Assembly: GCA_038087875.1 (NCBI GenBank)
Contig: CM075991.1
Span: 3,782,001-3,846,000, forward strand
Source of the DNA: Malacoraja senta
Taxonomy: Eukaryota
Length of the DNA: 64,000 nucleotides
Direction of reading: 5' to 3'
The position numbers and the translations under genes are program-made. The stretch's first letter is position 1. Each line of letters begins with the position of its first letter. Below the pieces are notes generated by a model that did not search any database, was not told the DNA's origin, and was given only the letters and a program-made list of their open reading frames with translations. Below are positions 1-11,073 of this stretch, in pieces.

Positions 1-396
1 AGGATGGATGCGCAAAGAATGTTACCCAAAGTAGGGATATGAAGAACCTGACGACATAGGTTTAAGGACACAGGGACGAAATCTAACAGGAACCTGAGTG
101 TTAACCTTGTTACGACGAGGGCTGTGGGTACATGGAACGTGTTACCAGAGGAGGTAGTGATGCATGTAATATCACGTGATTTTTAAGGCAAACAAAAAGA
201 CAAAGTGCTGGAGTAACTCAATGGATCGGAGAGCATCATTGGTTGATGGAAATTAATGTAATTTAATAGGATGTGGTTGAGCAGCCTGGGAGTCTATTCC
301 TTAGGGCGCAGGAGGATGAGGGGGTGATCATATAGAGGTGTATAAAATCATGAGAGGATAGACGCAGGGATTCTCTTGCCCCAGGGTGGGGGAACA

Positions 397-1075
397 GAAA
401 CATGGGAACATAGAAAATATGTGCAGGAGTCGGCCATTCGGCCCTTCGAGCCAGCAGCGCCATTCAACACGATCAAGGCTGATCACCAAAATTAGTAGCC
501 CTTTCCTGCTTTCTCCCCATATCCCTTGATTCCGCTAGCCCTAAGACCTATATCTAACTCTCTTTAAAACATCCAGTGAATTGGCCTCCATTGCCTTCTG
601 TGGCAGAGAATTCCACAGATTGACAACTCACTGGGTGAAAATGGTTTTCCTCATCTCAGCCCTAAATGCCATACCAATTATTCTTAAACTGTGACCCCTG
701 GTTGTCGACTCCCCCAACATCGGGAACATTTTTCATGCATCTCGCCTGTCCAATACCTTTAGAATTTTATATGTTTCTAAAATATCCAATCTCATCCGTC
801 TAACTTCCAGTGAATATAAGCGCAGTCGATCCATTATTTCATCACATGTCAGTCCCGCCATCCCGGGAATAACCTGGTGAAACGACGCTGCACTGCCTCA
901 ATAGCAAGAATGTCCTTCCTCAAATTAGGAGACCCAAATTGCACACTCCAGATGTAGTCTCACCAGGACCCTGTACAACTGCAGTAGCACCTCATTGATC
1001 CTATACTCAAGTCCTCTCGTTATGAAGGCCAACGTGCCATTTGCTTTCTTCACAGCCTGCTCTACCTGGAGATGT
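397..1075 (-). mobile_element. CR1-clade LINE 3' fragment
   Basis: Reverse complement of the CR1 3' end at 33687-34312 (RT C-terminal region, 3' stem-loop region and TTTCTATG-type tail); degraded. Confidence 0.8.
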
Positions 1076-1689
1076 TACATTAAATTCCTTCGTCTAAATC
1101 GTTAATACATATTGTAAAAAAATATATGGAGAACCAGAGGTCCAAGGTCAAGGGAGGAAAAGTTAATAGGAAACCGAGGGGTAACTTTTTCCATATAACG
1201 GGCCATGGGTGTATGGAACAAGCTGCCAGAGGAGGTAGCTGAGGTAGGGTCTATAGAAATATTTAGAAAACAATTAAACAGGTACATAGATATGGGGCAA
1301 ACACAGGCCGTTGGGACGAATGTAGATGTGACATTTTGATCGGTGGGGGCAAGTTGGGCCGAAAAGCCTGTTTTCACGCTGCATGACTGTATGATCATGA
1401 TCATGGGGACACTTCTTCAGACTGATTGGGGGGGGGGCAAAGAAAACTGGAAGTGGGAGGGGCAGAACAAAGCATAGCATGTAGCAGCAGTCATTACAGA
1501 TGGAGAGCATTGAGAGGTGTTCGCACAATACCATTACAGACATTTGGATGGGTCCAATGGTAGGAAAGGTTTAGACGGATATGGGTTAAACACTTGCTTG
1601 TGGAACTAGCATATATAAGGGATTTTTGGTGACATGTTCAGTTTCGGTGCTTTATGACATTAAGGATAATATGCTGTTTGCGGAGACCA

Positions 1690-1740
1690 GTGAAGTGAAA
1701 GGTTGGACCTGCGGAACTCCGCCTCTTTTCTGAATATATA
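1690..1740 (+). promoter_or_regulatory. Proximal promoter of MSMB-like gene A: AAGTGAAAG motif, GGAACTCC motif, TATATA at 1735-1740
   Basis: Homologous block upstream of the ATG exon in copies B (~4372-4422) and C (~16527-16580); TATA-like box ~130 nt before the ATG|GT exon end. Confidence 0.6.
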
Positions 1741-1870
1741 GGACACAGGCAGCATAAACCGAGATTGGAACAAAGATTCTCGCGAGCGGAGAAGGAAGTC
1801 TGTAGGCGGTGCCAGCGACACCTATGCTGTCCGCGCAGACACTGGGGAGAGGCGGTCGGGTTAGGTGATC

Positions 1871-3179
1871 ATGGTATGTACGGGTCAGCTTTGTGCATCT
1901 GACTGATGCTTAGTCCTCAATAATCAACACAGCGCAGCTTTGAGTCGCTGCACAGTCGCCTGCCGAGGTGGCCGTGACAGGGACATGTTGCAGTGTTATT
2001 ACTTGACTACGTCGCCCAACAATCTCTCTCTCTCTCTCTCTCTGTCTCTGTCTCTCTCCCTCTCACGCTGCAGAAACTACTACTGTGCATCGCTCTGCTG
2101 CTTCCAGCGGCTCAGCTGTCGGAATCCGCCTGCTTCTTTGAGAAACAGAACACAACCGGTAATCTATCGATGTGAATCTCTGTCTCATATCCGGCAGTGA
2201 GATGAGGCCGACAGCTGGGACATTATACTGATGGCGCTACGCTAGAGCTGGTCACCCTTGGCTCCCCGCCTGTTCCTCGGTCGAGGTGGAGTCTGAGGGT
2301 GGTGAAGATTGATGCCCCGACCAAACCCCAGCTTAATGAGCGCTCCTCTTCTGGGATTCAGTTGAGGCACTAAACCTTGTACACGGGTGAATTGAAGGAT
2401 CTCCTCGGAATTAAGTGCAGCTGCCGCTGAACCCTGACCAATATTTGTCCCTCAACTACACTTGATAGAACTGGCCATCAAAGGCCAATCACTGGGTTGT
2501 GTGGGATCGCTCCCTGCACCAAATGGAAGCCACGCGGCACTACAATGGTGACAACTCACCAACTCTTCATTGGCCGCGAGACGGGTTTTGCCTGAAAATG
2601 GTGAAAGTTCCCCAGGAGTTCCTCCCAAACCCTTGACTGCATCCACCCGGCATCCGCAGCAGGACGAGTATTCGGGATCACAGCGGGTCAGGGGTTCACA
2701 CTGTAACCAGCGGCAACGGTGAAACTCACCCAATTATGGAGTGATAGACACAAAAGGCCGGAGTAACTCAGCCGTCCAGGCAGCATTGCGGGACGAAAGG
2801 AATATGTGACGTTGTCGGTCCAGACCCTTTTGCAGACCTGATCCGATGACCCGCTGACCTACTCCAGCATTTTGTGTCTACCGTGCAGCCAAGTGCCAGG
2901 TCCGGGTCAGTACACACGGGGACGGACACTGGTTCTTTCCAGTGGACTGATTGGCTCATTTCCAGGGTGTTTTTGTATCGAGTCAACGCCACTGCCCCGC
3001 CACCCGCTCGGGTCTCTCCACACCCCGACGGAACACTGACCGCTATCTTTGTCACCAACAGATGGGGGAACGTGCATTGACACAAACGACGGAACGGCTC
3101 ATCAACTCGGAGAAGGTTGGATGAACAGCAACTGCTGGGAGTGCGCGTGCGCGCGCAAAGGTTATGAATGCTGCGAACG
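1871..3179 (+). CDS. MSMB: Beta-microseminoprotein-like gene A, exons 1871-1873, 2074-2158, 3062-3179; own exon 4 deleted
   Basis: ATG|gtatgt; cag|KLLLCIALLLPAAQLSESACFFEKQNTT|gt; cag|DGGTCIDTNDGTAHQLGEGWMNSNCWECACARKGYECCER|gtaagt. Intron phases 0,1,2 and the C-x-W-x4-C-x2-C-x-C-x6-CC pattern match the MSMB family. Symbol is family-level, not orthology. Confidence 0.8.
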
Positions 3180-3805
3180 GTAAGTAATCATCCGCCGTTT
3201 AGCTCACAGGATCTGACCCCGACGGGTGAACTGGCTAAGCGTGTTCTCAGGTTGGGACCCGTCGTTCGAGTGACCGCATCTCCAGCCGCTCCCAGTCCGG
3301 GTTCATTGACTGCGACCGACTCAAAAAATCCAGGGGTTCTGCCTGGCCGCAAAATTGCTTCAGTACTGTGTCCATGAAAAAAAACCCTCCGAGATTAGGA
3401 TTATTCTACAAGAAGAGAGAGACCATAACTCCCCGTTAACTACGGCCATGCATTAATCCTCCATTATCCACGCCGCATTATGGTTGGATCTCAGGGCAGG
3501 ACCTAGATATTATTCTCCACCTGCACGCTCGGACAAGTAACAGCGTCATTTAACCTCCCGACCCGCAAGTCTCAGGGACGTGGGAAGAAATTTGAGCATC
3601 CCTAAAAATAACCCAGGCAGTCACAGGGAGAACGTAAAAAAAACATTCATCAATGGGATACAGGTGCATGTACGGAACGAGCAGCCGGAGGAGGTACTTG
3701 AGGCACAGTCTATCAGAACGGTTAAGAAGCAATTATACAGGTACAAGGGCAGGATATGATTAGATGGATATAGGCCAAACAGAGGCAAGTAGCACTAGTG
3801 TAGAT

Positions 3806-3968
3806 GGGACATGTTGGAAGGTGGGGCATGTTGGAAGGTGGGGCATGTTGGTAGGTGGGACATGTTGGAAGGTGGGGCATGTTGGTAGGTGGGACATGTT
3901 GGTAGGTGGGACATGTTGGAAGGTGGGACATGTTGGTAGGTGGGACATGTTGGAAGGTGGGGCATGTT
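3806..3968 (+). repeat. 20-bp minisatellite (GGTGGGACATGTTGG(A/T)A-type), about 8 units
   Basis: Direct tandem repeats; explains the repetitive PTCPT/HVPP ORFs. Derived from a retroelement tail that is single-copy in the paralogous unit (~16296). Confidence 0.9.
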
Positions 3969-4552
3969 TTCACGCTCTACAAATCTCTGACTAGGTGACG
4001 ATTCAGGTCGGGGCACTTCTTCAAACTGATTACAGTTGTGGGAGGGGCGGGGGCGGTGATGGAGTAAACTATAACACGGTAGGAGAAGGACAATGCGCAG
4101 CAGCAGCCGCCACAGATGGAGAGCAGTGAGACAAGTTCTCACAGTAGCATGTACAGTAGCGCGGTAGCACAGTTCTGCACAGTAGCGCAGTAGCACCCAC
4201 AGTAGTAGTAACAAAAGGCATTTGGACAGGTCCATTGAATGGAAACGTTCAGACGGACATGGGCTAAAGACTTGCGGGAGGGACTAGAGATGAAGGAGCT
4301 GAAGCATTTTAAGAGGCATGGTCAGTTTCGCTGCTCTATGACTTTAAGGATAAGTGCTGGTTGAAAGACCGGTGAGGTGAAAGGCGGGACCAGGGGGACT
4401 CCACCTCTTTTCTGAATAAATAGGTCACAGCCAGCATAAGCCAAGGTTGAAATGCAGGCTCTCAAGAGTGGAGAATTACGTCTGCAGGCGGTGCCGGCGG
4501 GACGCAGGTTGTCCTCTCCGCAACTGGGGAGAAGCGGTCTGGTTCGGAGATC

Positions 4553-7095
4553 ATGGTAAGTACGGATCGCCTTTGTGCATCTGACTGATGCTGGGTGTTC
4601 CGTAAACTTCCCAGCGCAGCTTTGAGTCGCTGCACAGCCGCCTCTGAGGTGACAGTGACGGACATGATGCAGTTTAGTTACTTGACCACGTCGCTCAAAA
4701 ACCTCTTTCTCTCTCTCCCTCTCCCTCCCTCCGCAGAAACTCCTACTGTGTATCGCTCTGCTTCTCGCTGCTCCGCTGTCGGAATCCTCCTGCACCTTTC
4801 AGCCACAGGACACAAGCGGTAACCTATGGATGTGAATCTCACTCTCAGATCCGGCAGCGAAACTCGGCCGACTGCAGGGACTGAGCAGAACATCATTCTC
4901 ATAACGCTAAAGCTCGTCACCCTTGGCTCCCCGCTTATTCCTCGCACGAGTTGTAGTCTGAGGATAGTGGAGGTTGATGCCCCGACCAATCCTCAGTTGA
5001 GGGAGCGCTCCCCTGCCGCATTCCAGCTGAGGCCCTAAACCTTGTGCACGGGTGGATTGAAGGATCTCCTCAGAATGATGTGCAGCTGCCGCTGTACACT
5101 GACCAATATTTGTCCCTCAACTGCTATTGATAGAACTAGTGATTAGCGGCCAAACACTGGGCTTGTGGGATCATGCCGTGTACCCAATGGAATCCACGCT
5201 TCCCCACAACAATGGCGACACCTCACCAGCCGCGAAACGGGTTCTTGGATGAGTATTGGGGATCCCAGTGGGTCACGAGTTCACACTGTAACCAGGGGCA
5301 ACGGCGAAACATACCCAATAATGGCGTGATGCACACGAAATGCTGGAGAATTTTGCTAGCATCGCTGGAGAAAAGGAATATGTGACGGAGAGAATGAGGA
5401 GGAGTTTCTTTCCCCAGGCCATGAGACTGCTGAACGAGGACGGGGTGTCGCCGCCCCCCCTCCCCCCCCCCAGCCCTCCAACGCCCAAACGCCCAAACCC
5501 TCCCCACCCTCCTCACCAGCACCTGCACCCCCGCCCGAACCCCCGCCTCGCCACCATCAAACACACACACATGGGTCTGAACTGGATGGAACATGCTGTC
5601 ATCACAGGTGTTCCACGGCACTTGTCACTTTGCTTGTAACAGCACTACTTGTTATGTGGTATATTTATGGGGTATGTGTTATATGTAGGTATTGTTATGT
5701 GGGTTATGTGTTATACGTGGGTGTTTTATGTGGGTTATGTGTAAGTGGGGAACCATGCACAACTGGACAGGCACTTAAGCATTTCACTACTGGTTATACC
5801 TGTATAATTGAGTATGTGACCAATAAACTTGAATTGAATTGAATTGACGTTTCCGGTCGAGACCTTTCTTCAGACCTTGGCCGCTGTCCCGCTGAGTTAC
5901 TCCGGCATTTTGTGTTAACCAGCATCTGAAGTTTCTTCCGCCACAATTATGGAGTGAGCTACTTGAATGGGCTGCTGCTTGATTTAAGGCTCCACTTCAG
6001 TCCCGCCAGCCTAATCAGTGTGCACCCAGTGCGGAGGGGAGTGGGTAGATCAGAAGATGATGTCGTGTCTTTCAACCTTGGGCTTGGCCAAACTGTCCAT
6101 TTGCAACAGACGAACGATCCACACTAGCCGTCTGCCTGCTTCCTTTCCGAGTTTACGTCGGCGCCTGGTAGGTCCTTGATAAAGAACACCAGGTGTCCAC
6201 TGACATCCGGGAGGCATACCAGGACAACCTGGCCGCCGCGAGGGATTGACTGTCTCCTGAATTAGGATCGTAACAGTGATTTGTTATTTGGTTGCTATCT
6301 TAGACAGTCTAATGTTATGGCGGTGGGTGTTTTGTTATAGTTCTGTAAGTAGTTCAATACATTGAATTTTATTTAAACATATATGGATTGAGGTCTGAAA
6401 ATCAATTCCCCAGTCGGGCCTCCGAGGTAGTGAAGCTGAGCGTTGGGTCGGGCGCTCTTGCCGGATCCGGGTGAAAAGGTTACTGTGCAGCCAAGTGCCA
6501 GGTCCGGATCAGATCACACGCAAACGGACCCTGGCTCTTCCCAATGGTCTGAATGCCTCATTTCCAGGGTGCGTTTGTATTGAGGCAACACCACTGCCCC
6601 GCCACCTGCTCTGGTCACTCTGCTCCCTCACAGGACACTGACCACCCGCTCTCTATGTCACCAACAGCTAGGGGCGTGTGCGTTGACATTAACGACGGAA
6701 CGTTTCATGAATTCGAAGAAGCTTGGATGAGCACCAACTGCTGGGAGTGCGTGGGTTCGCGCGAAGGTTACATATGCTGCGATCGGTAAGTAATCGCCAG
6801 CCGTTTAGCTCACATTATCTGACCCCGACGGCTGACCTGGAGGTGTCAGATAATGTGATAATGTTCGCAGGTGCCATGGCTTGAGCCGTGTGTGTTGGCG
6901 TTGGGTTGGGTATTGACGGGCATAGTAGACGGAACGGCTCGACCACCGGCTCTCTCCACCTCTGTACCAACCCCGGGATCTGGTTCACAGTGCGGATCGG
7001 TGGGAAAGGCTTTGCTGAGGTAGGGAAGGGGTTGGATGACGGACGCTATCGTGCACCCGAAGCGTATCGCAGAGTCACATGGGACGGACACCGGT

Positions 7096-7144
<49 letters not shown>

Positions 7145-7391
7145 AGAAAGGAGAGACGCGCCGCAATCAGGGTTGGATGTTAGGGTTGGACCTAGATATT
7201 AGTTTCCACCTGCACGCTCGGGGCCAATTGTTTATCATTGGTTCCCTGATCTGTTCCCTAGGTACTTCATGCCAGATGATTACCCGGAGGATTGTATGCT
7301 AACTTTTGATATGCACACTTGTATGTTTCACGTCAAACAAAAGGACCACCCTTCTGTCGACTGTCAAATGCAAGTAGTTGTTGGGAAATGA
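4553..7391 (+). CDS. MSMB: Beta-microseminoprotein-like gene B, complete, 110 aa; exons 4553-4555, 4737-4818, 6668-6785, 7262-7391
   Basis: Spliced product MKLLLCIALLLAAPLSES-SCTFQPQDTSARGVCVDINDGTFHEFEEAWMSTNCWECVGSREGYICCDRYFMPDDYPEDCMLTFDMHTCMFHVKQKDHPSVDCQMQVVVGK*; all GT-AG, phases consistent; AATAAA at 7479-7484. Confidence 0.88.
5388..5844 (+). mobile_element. Rex1/Babar-type LINE 3' end with (TTGAA)n tail, inserted in a Penelope pLTR inside gene B intron 2
   Basis: ERMRRSFFPQAMRLLN motif typical of the Rex1 ORF end, AATAAA plus TTGAA repeats, TGACG repeated at 5383-5387 and 5845-5849. Confidence 0.7.
7098..7141 (+). repeat. (GA)n microsatellite in intron 3 of gene B
   Basis: Direct reading. 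Confidence 0.95.
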
Positions 7392-7478
7392 GCTGGAAAC
7401 AGGCAGCCCCCTTCCAACGTGGAGACACACACCAATGAGCCTTGACTCTTGCATGTAATGTAATGACTCTTGCATCAC

Positions 7479-7484
7479 AATAAA
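7479..7484 (+). terminator. Polyadenylation signal of gene B
   Basis: AATAAA 88 nt after the stop; conserved at 15471-15476 (X) and 19253-19258 (D, minus). Confidence 0.75.
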
Positions 7485-8122
7485 CAAATGCCAAACCTAT
7501 TCTGCCATGGTCTTCTGGCCCATCATTCAATAGGGAAGCGGCGGGAGATGGAGGAGGCTCTGGGAACTTGAGTGTTTGAGGACATTTAAAGTGAATTAAA
7601 TGTAGGTTGTAAGAGAACATAACTATGAAATGTGTAAATTAACCTGAAAAGTAATAAATACGAAGGTTTTGATACGTTTAGCTTGAACATGGGGAACGAG
7701 ACCCAGCGGTTCTCCTAATCCTGTGATTGGTTCCATCTAACCCATCATTTCAATAAGAAATGGGCTGGAGAAATAGAAGGTTCTGGGAAATGTTGTGGCG
7801 TGTTTGGGAACTCGAGTGTGTGAGGAAATGTAAGTTGGAGTACGTGCAAGTAAAAATTCAAAGACTTCCAGGGAAGTGTATAAAATCATCAGGTATAGAC
7901 CTGGTGGACACCAAGAGTCTCTTGCCCAGATCAGGGAAATGGAGGAACAAAGGGCACAGTTTTACGTGAAGAGGGAAAAATATGATAGGAATCTGGGGCA
8001 TAACCTTTTGACATAAATGGATGTAGGTGCATGGGACGAGCTGCCGGAGGAGGTAGTTGAAGCACAGACTATCACAACGTTTAAGAAACAATTAGACAGG
8101 TACATGGCATGATATGTTTAGA

Positions 8123-8322
8123 NNNNNNNNNNNNNNNNNNNNNNNNNNNNNNNNNNNNNNNNNNNNNNNNNNNNNNNNNNNNNNNNNNNNNNNNNNNNNN
8201 NNNNNNNNNNNNNNNNNNNNNNNNNNNNNNNNNNNNNNNNNNNNNNNNNNNNNNNNNNNNNNNNNNNNNNNNNNNNNNNNNNNNNNNNNNNNNNNNNNNN
8301 NNNNNNNNNNNNNNNNNNNNNN
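8123..8322. other. Assembly gap (200 N)
   Basis: Run of N. Confidence 1.
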
Positions 8323-8804
8323 GAGAGTTTTTTTCAGCTCTGAAGTTGAGAAGGATTCAAACAGCTTTTAAAGGACGTTGTCGATGGGGAAGGAACAGAG
8401 GCAGAGGGGCTTCATGGTTTAACTTATTGTTGGACTGGTGAAACGTTTCTCTGCTCTAGGAACTCTCCACAAGTGCGGACATTCCGGAGATATTTTTCCA
8501 TTGTCGAGGGTGCGGTTGTCGTTGGCGGACTGCCAAGTGTGCATGGTGATCGAGGGAATGCCATAAAGTCATTTTGCTCAGGCGGATGCCGGGTTTAATG
8601 TGAAGATGGTACTGTTGAGTCCGGAAAGAATGGGATAGAGCTTCCCAAAAGCTGCTCTCGGCTGTGGACGTCTTTGGGGATTTTCTGGCTGTAGCTGGAG
8701 GCTTCAGAGTTCTGCTATTTGTTGACTGTGACTGTTTGCGGGAATTAACGTGGAGCTGAGCTGCCGGGTCGATTGGAGCTGGTTGTGCCTCTGTCAGGAG
8801 GGCG

Positions 8805-11071
8805 ATGGCTGGGGCGAGGCCGAAGAACCGGAGCTACGCAGTGGCGCCATCAGAGGCGGATGCGAGGACATTGGAGTATGAGCCTTATGTGAACTTGGAT
8901 TGGGGCAAGTTTGGTATCTCGGTCCAAACTGGGCCCCAGATGTCAAGGGGAGCAATTACCAAAGCCGTGAATGACCTTATTGGGGGGCGGGCTGTTGTCT
9001 CTTCCGAGCTTGAAAGAGGAAAGGTGGAGATGATTTTAAAGACCCAGGAGGGTGTGAAAATGGCGGTGGAGAGGCGGATATCAGTGGGGGGGATCCAATT
9101 ACAGGTGGATCCGTGGTTATCTAGGGTGAGACCGGTTCTCCTGCGGAGTTGCCCCACATTTATTTCGGATGCTGCACTTATGCCACACCTGTCTATGATT
9201 GGGGAGGTGAGGTCTAAGTGCTTTAGGCTCAGGCACCTCGGGGGGGATCCGGAGGAAAGGGGATCTTGAGTTTTAAGAGGAGGGTGTTCATGAAGGTGGG
9301 TGAGGATGAAGGCGGGGAGGAGAGCTTTGAGGTGGATTGTCAGGGTCTCCGTAGAACCGTGTATTGGAGTTGGGGGAAGGCACGGTGTCATGAGTGTGGA
9401 GCATATGGACATATCCGTAAAGAGTGTCTTTCTCGTGGGGGCGTTGCTAGAAGTTCTAGCGTAGTGGCCCAGGATTGCAATGCTGGCCCATCCGGGGTGG
9501 TACATCATGCCTCGGTGGCGCTGGGCGGCACTGCTGACCTGGCTAGGGCGGCTAGCTCTACCTCGGGGATCCGGGGCGGAAGTGATAGGCCATCTGGGTC
9601 TGAAAGTTCTGCCTTGGGGACCCGGGGCGGGGAAGGCCTAAGGCCCCTGCGTCATGAGACTGTGGAGGTGGTGGTGGCTAATGGTGAGGGGGAGGGAGAG
9701 GGTGGAGAGGGGGAGGAAAAAGATGGGGGGGGGGAGTGGGAGGTGAAGAAGTCGAGGAGGAAGAGGGGAAAGGGCCATCCAGCGAGTAAAACGCAATCTG
9801 AGAACGGGGTGCGTGTTAGATCTAGTGAGGTCCAGAGTGTGCTTGATGTGGCCCAGCAAGGCGATGAGGTCGCTCAGACGGGGGAAGGGATGGTAAAGTG
9901 TGCGGGTGGTATAGTGGATGGGGGTAGTGAGGGGGTGGAAGACCCTTCCTTTATGGAGGTCACCGTACCGCCGCATGCTAGTGGGGTAAAAAGGAATAGG
10001 CCTGGCGAGGAAGAGGAAGGGCGTGAGGCAAAAATTAGGGCAGGTGAGGGGATTGATTCCGCTGGAGTTGAGTCCTCTGGGCGGGTGGCTGTCCCTTCAT
10101 TTCAGGGGCCCTCTGATGGAGTTATCTCATCGGGTGGTGAGGTGAGCTCCCCTGGGGGTGTGTCCTCTGGGTCGGAGGAGGTCCCCTCGTTTCAGAGGCC
10201 TCTTGAGGGTGATGGAACGCCAGAGGATGAGGTATGTGCCCCTGGTAGGGGGGCCCCTGAGATGGGGGATGAGCAGAGTCAGCTGGAGGGGGGTGGTTCG
10301 GGGGCTGTGGTGTTCCAGTCTATGCTGCACATCAGTGCCAGTGGTGGTAATGGGGGGTGTGCTGCATCGCCGGATGAGGTGGAAGGGGAGAGGCTAAAAG
10401 AAAGAGGAGAGCCTCTGGGTGTTGCTAGTGGTGGCGATGCTATAGGTGTTGTGGAGGTCGGGGATAGTTCGGGTGGTGATTTCCCTTTAGGTTCAAGGGG
10501 TGGCAGTGTATCCCAGGCCCTGGGGGTGCCTAGTGTTTTTGTTTCCCCAGGCCAGGGAGTGGAGGGTGATGGTAGCGAGCAGGTGCCAAGCCAGTCAGTG
10601 GGATGCTTGTTGCAGTTGGGGGTTTTGGGGCCCTTACCTGGCATTGATCCTGGGGGTGGTGTCTTGCTGGAGGAGGGGGAGGGTGAACAGGAAAGTTTGG
10701 GTAGTGGGGGTGGAGAGCTTTTGGAGAGCTCTGGGCGTTCAATTACTGAAAGAGACCTTGAACGTTGTGATGTGGAGCCTGATGGTGCAGGTGCAAGTGC
10801 GTTGGCCGAGTGCCCAGGGTCCAAGGCCGAGTCTCTTGAATGTGAGATAAAGGTGGTTCGAGACTTTCTCAGAACAAACCGCTCCGTAAGAACAAGATTG
10901 GAGGCTGCTAGTAGGTGGTGGAAGGATCTGCCAGGTTTGATTCCGACTCTCGAGGATATTCTTGGCAGCAGGGAGAGTGATCTTACTGACTTAGAGGAGA
11001 GGCAGTTTGGGGACTTTTTGGTGTTACTCAGAGAGAAATTTGTTGTGTCTACGGGGAGTGATGGGGTTTAA
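8805..11071 (+). pseudogene. Tx1 ORF1 (gag-like), one frameshift near 9240-9266
   Basis: ORFs 8805-9269 and 9266-11071 in different frames; CHECGAYGHIRKEC zinc knuckle; long low-complexity G/E/S-rich middle. Confidence 0.8.
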
Positions 11072-11073
11072 TA

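Noticed and set aside
3722..4235. PTCPT/HVPP repeat proteins, one with a signal-like N-terminus
   Set aside because: Products of the 20-bp minisatellite on non-coding sequence.
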